A stretch of DNA of 62,086 bases, the filler included, from Choristocarpus tenellus KU-1152 (taxonomy: Eukaryota; Protista; Phaeophyceae), in the NCBI GenBank assembly GCA_964200185.2. It is 15 parts of 15 records of this genome, joined end to end, with 100 filler letters (N's around TTAATTAATTAA, not from the genome) between each part and the next. Parts side by side here need not be neighbours in the genome. Positions count along the whole stretch, not along the records: positions 34,351 to 38,154 come from CAXNAD020017828.1; positions 38,255 to 42,367 come from CAXNAD020016144.1; positions 42,468 to 50,232 come from CAXNAD020005618.1; positions 50,333 to 53,736 come from CAXNAD020020264.1; 11 more parts are not named here. One strand, given 5' to 3'. Positions within the stretch are counted from its first letter, which is position 1; each line of letters opens with the position of its first letter. The translations under genes were made by a program, and so were the position numbers. This document shows positions 36,994-50,388 of the stretch, in pieces. Under the pieces are notes generated by a model. It was not told the origin of the DNA. It searched no databases and was given only the letters and a program-made list of their open reading frames with translations.

Positions 36994-37950
36994 TGGGCTG
37001 AGTTGATGAAGGAATAGCGAAACACGTGTTGGCATGTGTTCGGGATTGTAAGGGTCAGGGATGGTGTTGGGGTTGAGGCACTGGGTTAGGGTTGGGACAG
37101 GGATTAGGATTGGGACAGGGACTAGGATTGGGATTGGAAACAGATACAGAAAGGAGTATCCTTTATTTCCGATACATATCGGGGTTGACTTATTGGAGGA
37201 CACGGTCTTCGTCGTCAGGTTTCGCCCTGCTGTTGAGGGGGGGATGTGTGCGTCACCAGTTCCGAGCTATGGTGTAACTTGTGAACACCATGTGTCTCTG
37301 ATTCTGATACAAAAAATGGATTTGAGAAGGATATGGTGACCATATGCTTCGCTATGTCTAGTCTTCAAGCGGAAATCCCTCATTCCGGTATTTACAGAAC
37401 GTACAGGCTACACTGGAGTATGTCCAACTGCAATGGAGGCCTGACCTTACCCTCGGAGTCCACGAGTTCATTCCCCTTGTTAGCCAGATCCACTAGTGGC
37501 CATCCTACATTTGCAGTACGATGGGTATGCTCCTCTCAAAGAACTGCGACAACGAATCCTCTATATTGTCCAAGCTCGTTGATTTGTTGTTGATCGAGTG
37601 AACGAGTGTGGGGGTTGCATATGTGGTTTGGCGAAAGTTTTTTGTTACACACTATAATGTAATTATTCAAATTATGTTAGAATATATGAAGCAAAGATGC
37701 AAATTCAGCGTTTTGACCCTGTCGCACTAATGAATTAATAGATGATGGAGAGTTATATATATACATATATTTGTTCTATTTCAATGTCATCACAGACCCC
37801 ATTTAAACTTCAATATATATGTGACGAGAGCAAAACTCTTATTTGATTCCCGAGAAAAAGGAACACTCGAACTACCCTCTTTAGAACCCCAATATATATA
37901 CTATCTAGGAGTACAACATTCAGTAAGGACGGTTGTTCTTTCTTTGAGTA

Positions 37951-38154
37951 CAGTACCTACCCCTATTTTGGGCCAAATATTATTAACCAAATCGAAAAAT
38001 ATGCATTTTGTACCGCTTTTTTCGACATGCTCAAAAAATAGGTTTTTGTACCGGAATTCTCGTAGTCAGGCGATTTGGCACAAACTCCCAGAGATATTCA
38101 CGCGATTTTGGCGCGCGCGTAAAAAATTCTCGCGAAAAGTGTCTTTCTTCCTGA
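37951..38154 (+). mobile_element. Probable Tc1/mariner-type transposon end
   Basis: TA|CAGTACCTACC.. start followed by abruptly CpG-rich non-coding sequence to the contig end; the other end is not visible. Confidence 0.33.
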
Positions 38155-40041
38155 NNNNNNNNNNNNNNNNNNNNNNNNNNNNNNNNNNNNNNNNNNNNTT
38201 AATTAATTAANNNNNNNNNNNNNNNNNNNNNNNNNNNNNNNNNNNNNNNNNNNNCCTCCTACCATGTGGGTAGCCAGCTCATCCAGGAAGCTTACTACTA
38301 TTGTAATAGTGGTAACTTGAAGCAGAACACCCCCCAACTCGTCACTACCAGACGGTACAAAAGGCGATCTTTTTTTAGATACTCTCCATTATTTCTCCAC
38401 TCTTTTCAAACTATTTAGATGCACTTCGATGTGATGTTCGAGAGACTTTTTACGTGTATCAATTGAGGAAGAATACGTGACTTTTCAAGAGTTGTCAAAG
38501 TAGAGATCATGGAATGAGATTTATATATTCCACATTTGTTACATCCCTTTTCGGTTTTGTATATGTAGGTATACAGTATGTGTGGTCATGCATTCCTGCT
38601 ACAGTCTTCCTCAGACGATATCGCATGTGTTGCCTACCATTCATGAATCCATTTATATCCAGGAAGAGATGGAATTACACATTCTCTGGGCCCACCCTGT
38701 TCCGTTTTGAGGTCGCAATAATTCCCAGTCTTTGATAACATAGCACTCTGAGCCTGCTTGTGTAACAGGAATGGACAGAATGAATCAGTCGAGTTTGATC
38801 CGGCAAGGAAATTTTGAGCTCCTTTACTGCCACCACTTGGTTGAGCAGGTTGTTGTAAGTTTCACTGACCATATCAATTATTGGGAGCCCTCCGACAACC
38901 CTCAAGATATCAACCTCTACACGTACTGCTTTCTCCATGTGCTCCCTGACCATGTAATCCATCCAATAACTCACCACCACAAGCTGAACCCCCCACATAC
39001 ATTGCCAGGAAAGGTCTTACGAACCCCTTGTGACTTTTGTGGGAAGGCTACCCCTGATCAAAATGAGCAGTACATGGATTTGGCCTTGATTCCACCACAG
39101 GATGATTACTCTTCGACTCCTTTGCTCTGTGTTGCTCCTCGTCAATGTCTAGACTTACAACTCCACCTTCGTCCAAACGTCTTCATACTCATTCTTCTCT
39201 ATAAGCCCAAAAAATGTTTTGGTCCTGGGTTTGAAAGAAGTAGCAAGGGCATGCTTTCGATTAGACCCACTGGGCTGCCTGTTCTCACCCTTAGAATGCT
39301 GGGCAATATTTCTCCTCGTACAAAAGTGATAAACAAATTCAGATATCACCATGCTTGCGCACTGGCATACAGCATTTTGCACTTCTACCAGTTCAGGGGT
39401 GGTGACTTTTAATCGTGAGTTATAGATAAATAGGGATGGAGACACTTCAAGTATATCTCACCCTCAAGAGTTTTCTGTGTTTCCATGGTGAACTTGGGTA
39501 GCTTTCTTCCAAACCTATCACCTAAGAATAGTAAAATAACATCATATATAAGAGGGGTGAGATGGGCGATGGAGAAGAAAGCTTAAGTATGAGAGAGAGA
39601 TAGAGAGATGTACACTAGAGAAGCAACAAAAAACGATAAATAACGTAACGTAGTTGGTGATATTAACACAACTTAAGATGTGAAGGAAAAATTGATAGAT
39701 GTCAGCATAAATTATTGAAAGACATTTGAGGTGTATAAGTGAAAGGTTGGGTAGGTGACAAGTTACTTTTCCTACACTTCATTCCTTCTACAAGCGTTTC
39801 CAATTTCTGTTTTACAATTTCCCCATGTCCACTGCTTACACCCACTTGGATGTCAACATACTTTGTGTGTAACCATCAATCAATGTTCTTGTGAAGAACT
39901 TGATGGGTTTGAGGTGCAGGAAATGGTTCACCATGGTATAAGTGGACCATTAACGAGCCGTCACACATCTTGCACATCTCCTCAAAACACTCCTTGCACC
40001 GACTGGACTTTAAATAGGCACTGCCTTCAGGGTAGTTACCC

Positions 40042-41330
40042 AGGCGAATAGCGCGAGCATTTCTTCCCATGTTTTAGCAAACACGAACATTTGTGACAAC
40101 GTATAGTACGAGGATTGTTTCTCGCGTTCAAAAAAGTGCGAACAATATAATATATTAGTAACACATAGGTAGCCTTACGAATAAATGATTCTTACGAATA
40201 AATGATGATTTCATAGAAGATACAGAGTAAGATTCGGAATGCATACGTAACATTACAAAACAAAATGTCAAAGTCCCTAAGAAGTTGCTGAATTAAGGTT
40301 TATGATTGGAGTACGTGTAGAGCAGTTGTGTTAAAGGCGAATAGCGCGAGCGTTTCTTCTTGTGTTCCAACGAAGTGCGAGCATTTGTTACACGCGAAAA
40401 GCGCGAGCATTTTCTCCTCCTGTTTCAGGAAATACGAACATTTGTGACAGACGTATAGTGTGAGGATTGTTTCTCGCGTTCTAGCAAGTGCGAACAATAT
40501 ACAATATTAATAACACATAAGTAGCCTTCAGAAGTTGAAGAATTAAGATTTATGATTGGAGTACCTATAGAGCAGTTGATAGAAGACGAAAGAAATTGGG
40601 TGGATGATGAACATAATAAGAGGGCTTTTGGTAAATAAACCACCCCACTTATGCCAGTCTTACCTTTTGAACGAAACATTGAGTCAAGCTTTGAGCTAAG
40701 CACTGAGTGGAGTACCAAGAGAAGGCTATCTGACACCCTACAAACTGTTGTAAAGGGCAATGCCCCCATAGCGTCGTTTTAATGTCGTTGGATTTGAGAT
40801 GTACATCCTGTCTGTGGAGGTGAGTTCTGAGTGGCGCCTGTAACATGGAGGTCCTACCGAGACTTCCACCCTATAACATGGAGGTCCTCAGTTCCTTTTT
40901 ATACAATGATATTGATGATAATCCAAGCGAGAGATCCAGCATACTTGACTTGTGCATCACGAGTCTTATACATGCATCAGTATCATCTATAGGCCCGTAG
41001 ATTGGAGCTATACATCCTTTGGAGGTAAGCTTCTGGGGGGCGCTGTAACAGTTGCATATAAGACCAAATAAATTGGGTGGATGATGAAAATAATAAGAGG
41101 GCTTTTGGTCAAAACCGTCACCCCGCTTACCTTCAGTCTTTACTTTTTATCTTGAACGAAACTTTGAGTCGAGCTTTGAGCTAAGTACTGAGTGGAATAT
41201 CAAGAAGAGAAGGACACCTGACACCCTACAAACTGTTATCAAGGGCAACGTTCCCATAGCGTCGTTATAAGGTCATTGGATTTGAGTTTTACATCCTGTG
41301 GAGGTGAGTTCTGAGGGGCACACTGTAACA
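40042..41330. repeat. Nested degenerate tandem repeats (57-bp units; ~255-bp duplication)
   Basis: 57-bp units at 40343, 40400 and 40457, with a related block at 40050-40176; 40594-40846 duplicated at 41071-41330. Confidence 0.85.
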
Positions 41331-42347
41331 CTTTGGCTCGATACCTCGGCACAATCACGGCTTATAATGCAGTCCTAAATACTTTTATTATTTATGTGCC
41401 TGTCTTTGTCCTTCACTCCTCCAAACATTCCAGATTATAAAAAAAAAGTCGAATAATCGTAAAAGTACGATTTTATCGAATTGTACCCATTCAATTGCTA
41501 CGATCCATAATAGTAATGACAGTACACTTGCACTCCCCACTCTGTCGCCGAAAAAACACAAAGGTCGGAATACCGCAGTCGTGGTGGTAACGCCTGTCAT
41601 TGATGTCAGGCGTGTAGTTCTTACTGACTGGACGAAGAGTCAAATCAAACAAGAGGTAGGGAGGTTTTTAACCCATTATTTACATCCTAAGCCATATACA
41701 CTATTCCGTTGCTTCATGTGCACAATAGTGTTCACAAATTGATATTCTCTCTTTCCGCACATTAAGTGACACTGCAATTCACAAAAGGCTCTTTCATCAA
41801 TTGTATAGAACACATCTTCATGCCCTTTCTCGGGATTCTTAAAATGCAACCTTGTCTACCTCTAAATTGACCCAAACAAGTTTCCGGGGAGAAGGTTGGG
41901 TGACAAAGGGGTGGGATAGCAAAAAAAGCCCAGTAGGTTCACAGGCCAGCGATCTCCATCACAATATTTGTTAGTTTGATATTAAGAAAAGGTGGTGCAA
42001 TACGTAGTTAAGTGCATCTGAACCTGGGTTGGGGCTAGCTAGGCCCAGGTATTAACAATAGGCTCACTAAAGTGCAGGTAGCAATAATAATACATCGTCT
42101 CTTGTCTTTTGAACTGATCAATCATTTTAATGCTTGCTAGTTATTAACACTACCTCGACTGTATTATTGATATATCAGACTGACCCGTGGTCAAATGCAC
42201 ACACACTACATACTACACACTACACGCTACACAACTTGTGGTGAATATTTTAAAAACAACTGCTACAATACAAGTAATTGGACTGTCCATTGCATGTCTT
42301 TTCTCCCTTGTACATTGGGTTCAGTAATCCCACCGCTCATCACTCCC

Positions 42348-42367
42348 GGCTCAAAGTATCTGGGGGG
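42348..42367 (+). mobile_element. MITE family B, terminal fragment
   Basis: GGCTCAAAGTATCTGGGGGG at the contig end. Confidence 0.75.
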
Positions 42368-42569
42368 NNNNNNNNNNNNNNNNNNNNNNNNNNNNNNNNN
42401 NNNNNNNNNNNTTAATTAATTAANNNNNNNNNNNNNNNNNNNNNNNNNNNNNNNNNNNNNNNNNNNNGGGAGGGGGTGAGGCGGGCGGGGGCGTGGGGAG
42501 GAGCTGGGGGGGCGATTGGGGGGGGGGGTTGACATGGGTGAGAGTAGAATGGCAGGTCACCGAGTTGTT

Positions 42570-44640
42570 TTTTTTTGCCACCAAGAGCATGTGGATGGAC
42601 CCTGATGAAATACTTGGCCTCTGTATTACTGGCTGTGGTCCATCACTGGGACAACTTTTTTGTGTTTGAGTTTGACAAAGCAGGTGCTTGGTGCACAGCT
42701 TTCAAAATGTACTTCCCCACGTTTGTGATAATCCACTGTGTCTCACTCTCTGATGTATATTTGCATGACAGCTATCTCGAGATCGTTTGGAGTGTTGAAT
42801 GGTTCATTTTCGAGACATTTGGTCAAGACATCCAAAGTGGTGATAAGAGACCTTTTTGAGGGTTGACATTAAAGTCACAAAAGAACCAGATTAGGCACTT
42901 TGTGTAAGCTCAACTTTTGTTGACCTACTACCCTTGTGGAACTCTGGAGGTCCATCCTGTGTTTCTTAGGACATTGTTGAGTCAGGCCAGGGTGCTTGTT
43001 TGAGTCAGCATTGTTTGTATCTGGACCCCAAGTTTGTTAGAAATCAACGCAAGTCCGTCAATGTAAGAAAGGGGCACGTGCTCCTTTGTATTAGTCACAG
43101 TACACGAGCCGTGCTTAATCTCCTTGCCACAGTTTTGGAAGGAGCTTTGCCCACTCTGCTGGCATACGACTGTTTCGAACATGCACCTATTTAATAGCTG
43201 GTACATGTGAATGTAATTCATGTCAGCAACTCGAGATTGAGAGTTCTGCTGTGGCATTTGGGTGCGTAAGAAAGAGGCCAACAGGTGTGTCCAGTGTAGG
43301 GGAATGAGCAAATACACAGGGTCCAACTAAGCGGTTTTGTGTTGTCGTTATGTCTTTGCTCACAACACAGGGACAAATGTTCTTACGTAAGTTGTACTCG
43401 TGTTCAAATAACCTAGGGCAGTCCTATACCCATTCCGTCTCCTTTTTCCTATACAAGCGTGTAGATATGTCTGAAGTGATTCAATGACATTGATCTTGGG
43501 AGTATAGGCTTTTGCCGCTGTCTAGTTCACACAAGGTTGTGTTTTTTTGTTTTTTCGTGGATTTGAATTTTGTCTACTTGGGGTGGGGGTGACTGTTGTT
43601 CATATATGCCGTTGGTGATGATAGAGTGTGACCACTGTGGGACAACATGTTTCACCTGGAGTGGTATGAAGAGCATATATGTTACAGGTGCATCATGAGC
43701 CTCCATGTTGAGAATCGATTTCGTTACTTGCCTTCCTAACAACTGCACTCCAAGTAACTGTCACTGCACCATCACCCTGAATAGATTATCCAAAACTCCG
43801 AAATTTTCTAACCTTTTTCAGGGTATGCAGTAGTCCAACTTCACCCACATGATACAGCAACCTGAATTTAATGTTCTACCAACTCACAGTTGGTGTATGT
43901 TACCCACAACACAGTGTGCTCACACTTTGTTCATCTTACTGTTGCCCATTTATCCACTGATGCTTGTGGTGCTCCTTCGATTTACACCGTATCTTTGTCT
44001 GTCATGGCCTCCAGCTTGAGTGTTCATTGTTCTTAAAAGGTATAGTCATTCCAGGCAGGTTTAACATTCACAATGCACAAAATGTTAGTTAATACCAAAA
44101 TATTCGAGCTCTGATGTGATGACTTAATGCTTAAGTGCATCTCTTTGTATTGGAGCCTGTGTGGACAATGCTCCCAAGGAATACCTGCTCCAAATTCAGC
44201 AGTATGTTTTGTTTCTTCCCGCTGCTGGTGGTGGCTGAAGTGGTGGTTTTGCCCTGTCATCCCCTTCCACATTTTGAGTGTGAACTTAACTCCTTGTTTG
44301 CAACATCCTACCTGGTGACTGGTGCTATTGTCCAATTCCGTTGGCTCAATCTTTCTGATGCCTTACAGCAGGTAGGGTATACCACATTGGAACATGCAAA
44401 GTACTATACTTCTGCCATCTTTAACCATAGAGGGACAACGTTCAGCAGTCTTGGAGAATGTGATTTCATAAAAGGAGTGATGTACGTTGTGTCCTCTAAC
44501 GCAGTCGAAATTTATACACGGATGTTGGAAGAAAATGTGGTACGCACTTTGACCACTAGTTCGCTACAACTTCGTACTACCATAAGTCGTTGTTGTCATG
44601 ATATTTTGATACTCTGTAGTAGAGGGTTGTGAATAGTAGT
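42570..44640 (-). mobile_element. Heavily degraded Ty1/Copia remnant
   Basis: TTASNTEAKY (cf. STTEAEY), PLSYIDGLAL (cf. YVDDL), LLNRCMF..QQSG (cf. L.KSLYGLKQSG). Confidence 0.5.
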
Positions 44641-45479
44641 GGTTGAATCACTACGATTTGATTGAAGATGATGAATATGAACTGAACCGGAAGACTGGGG
44701 AGTTATGTTCAATCAATATTTTTCACCCAAACACGCATTGGGCGCTGTTATCGCAGAGCTTGGTGGCTTGCACTCCTCATTCAATTCGTGCCCTGCATGT
44801 ACACTTGGATTATAAATGAGTACATGAAGAAAGTTTGAGTTGATTTAACAACACAGGTTACGTACTATAACGAACATAATACAACCATCAAAACATAATT
44901 TTCAAGGAAACTGAGCAACTCCCCACTACTTAGTTGGAAGGCTGAGAATAAATTTTTGCGCAAGTATGTGAAGTTGTGTATATAAATCCTATTTCTTTCT
45001 CCTTACTCGGTTACCTTCACTCCCTGACTAGAGCCACGTAAACCCTACCCTTTCTTTCTACCTCCTGATTGGGTTTGAGGAAAATACTCAAATTCTTACT
45101 TGCACATTTTACGCACTTCTTTCAAGCCCTCCTATGAACAAAGGAAATGGAAGTATTACATGGGTAGATGAGGGGTCGAAAGATTGTGAAGTGTTCGAAT
45201 ATAAATATATATATATATATATTACCCCTTACTGTGTCAACTCAGTTACCATTACTCCCGGGATAGAGACACCTATACCTGTGGTGAACTGTAACTCCGA
45301 CTCCTCTGGTCAAGCCAATTACTTTGGTTTCCTGCGGACATTCCCCAGTTCTTCCTAGGACTTCCCATGAGAGGATGTAGCTGGTTCTCAGGCGTGCTTT
45401 TTCTGCAGCTCACACAACTCCTGTACCTTCCCTTCTTTCTCAGGGATTACTTTTGTCGTTTTACATGTGGGCCAGAGTA

Positions 45480-46250
45480 GTTAAGGGTACATTTGAGTAG
45501 TGTCCTTCTATCATCTAGGGATCATGTCCGCAGACGTGTTCTTCCCTTCTGGCCTGTATGCTGTCATCCGTTGCCATCCCTTTACCCGTTTATCTTAAGA
45601 TCCACCATACTCCAACATCATTCCCGGCTACATTCTTTCCCTTCATCCCTGCTATACTCCTGTTCGTTCTGACCCCCTTCTCCCACTAGTCTGCCCAGCT
45701 AGCCCCCATTTATGGTGTAATTCTAATAGGTACATGAGCCCCCGAAAGAAAAGGGCTTATGGAAGATCTCTTACAGTTTGTGAACCTATGTTCCCATCAC
45801 TACTCACATATCTCTATATTAACTCCCCCTATACGAGGCAGCCTCCAGTATGATGTCCATGGGACTTGGAGGTATCACACAGTTGGAGTATCCCGTGCAC
45901 ATCATCAGGTTCGGTCGCCCCACACTATGTCTTCCCCAGACAGTGCATAATACCAGAGCCTCGGACTCCTCACACCCTCCTTGCACATCTAAATCCTTGG
46001 CGACTAACCTATCCGATATATGTGTTTATGGGATTTGACCTACACCATCCCCCACGTCCACCTTACCCATGACACTTTCTACATCATTGTCTACTTTGCA
46101 ATCCAGATATGCCTGAGGTAGACCTTTGATATGAAGCACTTCGAAGGGAAGGAGTAGCTTGGCAGGTAGTTAACCGAATTCTCTCTTTTTGGCCCCCCAC
46201 TATCGTTCCAGCATTTGAGTTCATCATTTTTGCCACCTTGGATATCACCT
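45480..46250 (-). mobile_element. Degraded Gypsy-like RNase H/integrase remnant
   Basis: FEVLHIKG.. and YRPEGKNTSAD-like fragments plus an eroded zinc-finger region; many stops. Confidence 0.33.
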
Positions 46251-46259
46251 ACCCGTTAG

Positions 46260-46633
46260 AGTGGACAGGGGAACCCCCCTGTGTTCGAGAACCGCCACTG
46301 TGATACTATTTTTTATATTTTCGATCGCATTTTCGAAATCCAACCCTATCTCCAACCCTAACCCTAAGCCTGATCCAACTTGTGTGTCAAAAATATTCAT
46401 AACCAGCCAAGGAAACATTCTAGAATCGGTAGAGGAGTACAGCGTGCACTGAGGAACCACAGCCTCTCAAGGATCCACCACTTTTCACTCTTTCACACTA
46501 ATTTTCGAGAATCTAACCTCATCTCTAACCCTAAGCCTAATATGTGTGTGAATAGTAACCCTAACCTTCATTTGAAGAAGTGCAAAAAGTATGACGGCAG
46601 TGGTTCCCCAAGACGGGGTTTCCCCTGTTCACT
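46260..46633. mobile_element. ~375-bp non-autonomous TIR element containing CCCTAA tracts
   Basis: Left AGTGGACAGGGGAACCCCC..GAACCGCCACTGTGATACT vs reverse complement of right AGTGAACAGGGGAAACCCC..GAACCACTGCCGTCATACT (~50-bp imperfect TIR); no clear TSD. Confidence 0.65.
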
Positions 46634-47316
46634 TCTCTGTAATGAATGCACGCCTTGCAAGAAATATGAGAACCTCGATTTCACAGTTCCTCATGAAACT
46701 GCACAGAATCTGCTCGTTTGACCCTCCTTCGTGTGCCAATTCCTTGATGGCGATAAAGAGGATGAGTTCTCCACCTTACTACCATACCCATGCGACTCCG
46801 CAGTGGTCCCACTTGTTTTGTGCTCTTAAGCACAAACGAGAGCTATGGAGCAATGTGTGTTACTTCATCCTACAACGCCATGCTACACAAAAGTGCATCA
46901 GTTCAGTACATCCTGCACTGCACCTCCGCATTATGGGAAGATCGATGTAAATTTTGGTCAATATTGTATATCGGCATTATTTTTTTTATTTGAAAGTGGT
47001 ATAACAAGAGTGCTCCCAGAGGTGGCAGTGAAGTGCGCCGCATTGATTTTTTATTTTTCTCTTCACCACGTCATTCTGCTGCAGTAAGACGCGGACATAT
47101 GAGAAGTACTTGATGAAAAGAATTGAGGTTATTTTCAACCTCGAGGACACCCTTCAAAAAGACATGGGTTGCCTTTTCTGCAAGGACTGCATGTCAAGGT
47201 GTTTGGACTAGGAGGTGTTGCTGTGCTTGCATGCGGAAAAATTATCATTGAATTTGTGCGAGGTCCATGCTCTCAAGGTACATGACCACACCCCTTGTGT
47301 TCACCCGCAGAAGCTC

Positions 47317-49396
47317 TCAATTTTCTGAACTTTTGGGCGGTGGGGGAGTCCCTCTTAGATCCCGTCTCTTCACCTTGTCATCAGTCTTAGTAAGCTTGAA
47401 AACAAAATGATGTTACAATGAGTTGAGGGTGAGGATGATGAAAACACGGTCTAAAACATACACAGGCCACTGATTTTGTCAAAAATAGGAGACTGAAGTC
47501 GACTGTACATGAAGGGATCGGCAGGTAGGAGATTTATATATCCGGCGTCAAAAGCCAAGTATATCATTCTGCTCTCCGTTTCTTACAGAGTCAATACCAT
47601 ATTACTGGAATATTGACAACCTCCTTTTGATTGACGATCGAGGGCCATTAGAGCAACATCGTTTGCAAATTCTCCTATCCTCCCTCTGGATGCAGAGGGA
47701 TGGAGGTTCAACTCTCCTTGGTGAGGTGATCAGTCGTCACAAGTGCTAACCAGGAAGTGCACCATTGTTGACCACTTCATCTCCCACTGTTTTTCATCAT
47801 CCAGGAGGTCTTTGCAGCGCTCTTGGATTTCCTGGACAGCGGCCTGTTTCGTTTTTTTGTTTTTGTCCATTAGTATTGAAAACAAGTTGAACGATTTAGA
47901 GTGCGAGTGGACCTCCTTTTTTCTTTTTTAACTTGTGAGAGGATGTGATACCCCGCTGTCGTTAGGTTTTGTATGGGCCAAAGAGAGGGGTATTTTCACT
48001 TCCTGGTTAATGTAATGAGACCAAACAAACACCTCGTTGCATTGCAAAATAAAATAATACGTTGTTGTGAGCAGGAGAACACTATCAATAGGTTGTTTCG
48101 ACAGTTTCAAAATATGCTCCTCGAAAATAGTTGAGATGGATGGACTCACGGCGGCACCTTTTTTTTAATTTTTGTCAATGTTTTCTTCGTAACTTTCTCT
48201 GTGCACCACACTCTTGAGGGTGCCACACGTACCTTAGACCACAAAGTAATTAATGTCATTTCAGTATCAATCCGCAGTATACACCATTAAGAATAAACGC
48301 GAGATCTGATGAATCAAACTGAACACGTGCTTTCGATGTCATCGCACAAACAATTAGACCTGTTGAAGAACAGTTGATCAGCATTTTCTGTTGGTGCCAT
48401 ATGCTTGGTAGTTTCCTCATGGTGCTGCGAGGATATACGCTATCTCATAGCTGTCATTCATCCACAGCTAAAGGTAATCTACTATTTGTGTACCTTGATC
48501 CCTTTCAAAAGCGTAAATACCAGATTATCGCCGACAAGAAAGAGGAGGTACATAAAAAAAACATATTTGCTTCTCTGTTGCATAACACTATTACAGTGAA
48601 AGACAAGGAGAAGACAAAGGCTTGCTCGATTTCAATTCATCTCCCCGACGTGCCCATCTGTTTTTCAACAGTCTAGTACGTGGAACGAGAGATGGATGGT
48701 AATAAAAAGACATCTAAACACCAACCCTGACCCCTAATACACCAACAGACAAAACTCACTGTTACTGTCTTCACATGCCGGCGGAGAACTCCGTCCCTGG
48801 TGGCCACCACAGCACGGTGTGCAGTTGTCACATAGGTCTCCACCTCAATTGATTCCCGTAGCTGATTCAGCCAGGTCCCTACCTCATCGAGTTCCTCTTG
48901 CACTCCACCTACAGCAACACTCATGTCCCCCCTTGACTTCCTCCCACCTCCTCCGTTTGCACCCTTGCCCTTTTCCTTGCCCTTGGTAGGATTCTTCTTG
49001 TTCCCCTTACCGCCCTTATCCTTGCTGATATTTTCCTTGTCCCCACCCTCAACCCTCTCCCCTTCTCCAGCTTTCTTGTCATTCCCCGCATTAGAGCTTT
49101 CCTGCAGCCGCCTGGCGGCATTACTGCTGACCGCTGACGCTACCTCTCGAAGGGTTTGCGCTAGATCTGACATATCCTCTGCCTTCCACCGCCGTCTGGG
49201 CCAACGATCCTCTCCCTGCTTGGGTTCGCACTGATCACCTTCTTGAGACTTGACATTCGACCCTGCAGTGTCAGCACCCTCCACAATCTTTTTCGCAAGG
49301 ACTCTCTCTGCCTTGCGAAGGCGTTTGAGACCCTTCCTCTTGGCTGGAATGAGTTCATCGCCAGGTAAGATCCCGAGGTCATCGACCATGATCACG
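47317..49396 (-). CDS. CCDC180: CCDC180-like (DUF4456) C-terminus, last three exons (49396-48760, 47843-47751, 47394-47317)
   Basis: VIMVDDLG..PAKRKGLKRL..RWPRRRW and YVTTAHRAVVATRDGVL..|AAVQEIQERCKDLLDDEKQWEMKWSTMVHFL parallel the CCDC180 tail (VTIDDV..KQKLSML..RKWPG; T.GH..AVEARD.V..E..RW..SW). GT-AG junctions in phase; TGA at 47319-47317. Confidence 0.72.
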
Positions 49397-49536
49397 CTGT
49401 ATCACCGACCAGACAGGGTTAAGGCGCGAGGTTGCAGGGGGTAAATGAGGTAAGGCTTACGTGCTCAAGGCAGTAATGGGAAGTTTGTATAGAGGTGCTG
49501 GGAAAGCCAGTGAGTTGTATCCTTGATGAATGCTTG

Positions 49537-49795
49537 GAGTCAAAGTATCTTCGAGGGTAGAGACAAGTCCATTTGGGGGCCAAAATCCAATGTTATAATT
49601 TTCATGTAATCTTGGCTATCAATTTTGTTAGGAGATGTCAATATGATTGTTCTGAAAACTCCTTTTCATAACGTATACATTTTACCTACTCCAAAATATT
49701 TTGGAGTAGGTAAAATGTCATTGAAAACCCGTGGGAAGCCAAGCCCCAAATGGAGAAACAGGGGAAAACTTGTACCGTCTAAGATACTTCCACTA
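49537..49795 (+). mobile_element. MITE family A, complete, intronic
   Basis: GAGTCAAAGTATCTTCGAGGGTA...TACCGTCTAAGATACTTCCACTA; flanks TTG|..|TTG. Confidence 0.93.
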
Positions 49796-50170
49796 TTGGA
49801 AAGGTTTTTTCATTGGTCTTCGTGTTCTTTATGTGGTGAGACTTTTTGCAACTCTCTCTTTTGAGCAGTGGTCCACACTTCAGTGAGCCCTCTCAGGCTT
49901 AGCAAGAAGAAAGTACTTCAAGCCCTCTATGTATATTTCAAAGTAAATTGTATATTGAATATACCCAGACATATATTCTGCTGTCCTCTGTCCGAGAGGA
50001 TATATTCGGGACCTTTGCTACAGTGCCTCACTCCCAGTGGTCTGGGTTAGGGTCAGTTTTACTGGATGAATCGCAAAGTAGGGGTCTACTCCCAATCTTT
50101 CTAGAGTACTGAGCCAAAATAAACGGGAGGTACCCAGGTTTTGGTCATTTTGCATGTTAAGCCAGCTTTT

Positions 50171-50232
50171 GGCTTAAAGTATCTGGGGGGGGGGGGGGGA
50201 GCACCCGCCCGTGTGGGGACCATTTTTTGCTT
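50171..50232 (+). mobile_element. MITE family B, terminal fragment
   Basis: GGCTTAAAGTATCT(G)n at the contig end. Confidence 0.7.
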
Positions 50233-50332
50233 NNNNNNNNNNNNNNNNNNNNNNNNNNNNNNNNNNNNNNNNNNNNTTAATTAATTAANNNNNNNNNNNN
50301 NNNNNNNNNNNNNNNNNNNNNNNNNNNNNNNN

Positions 50333-50388
50333 ATGAAAAAATTGACCCCAAATGGACAGCCGCCACCCCCTCCCAGATAATTTGAGCC
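50333..50388 (-). mobile_element. MITE family B, truncated by contig start
   Basis: CCCCAAATGGACAGCCGCCACCCCCTCCCAGATAATTTGAGCC. Confidence 0.85.

Noticed and set aside
46650-46790. Viral WLM-like metallopeptidase (minus strand LFIAIKELAH)
   Set aside because: The HEXXH motif is incomplete, it is flanked by stops, and the match is too short
46640-48230. hAT transposase remnant (EMKWSTMVHFL resembling TRW.S)
   Set aside because: Better explained as a spliced exon of the CCDC180-like gene
48150-48232. Extra exon VRVAPSRVWCTEKVTKK.. in the CCDC180-like gene
   Set aside because: Direct splicing 48760 to 47843 preserves the expected motif spacing, so the extra exon is unnecessary and unsupported
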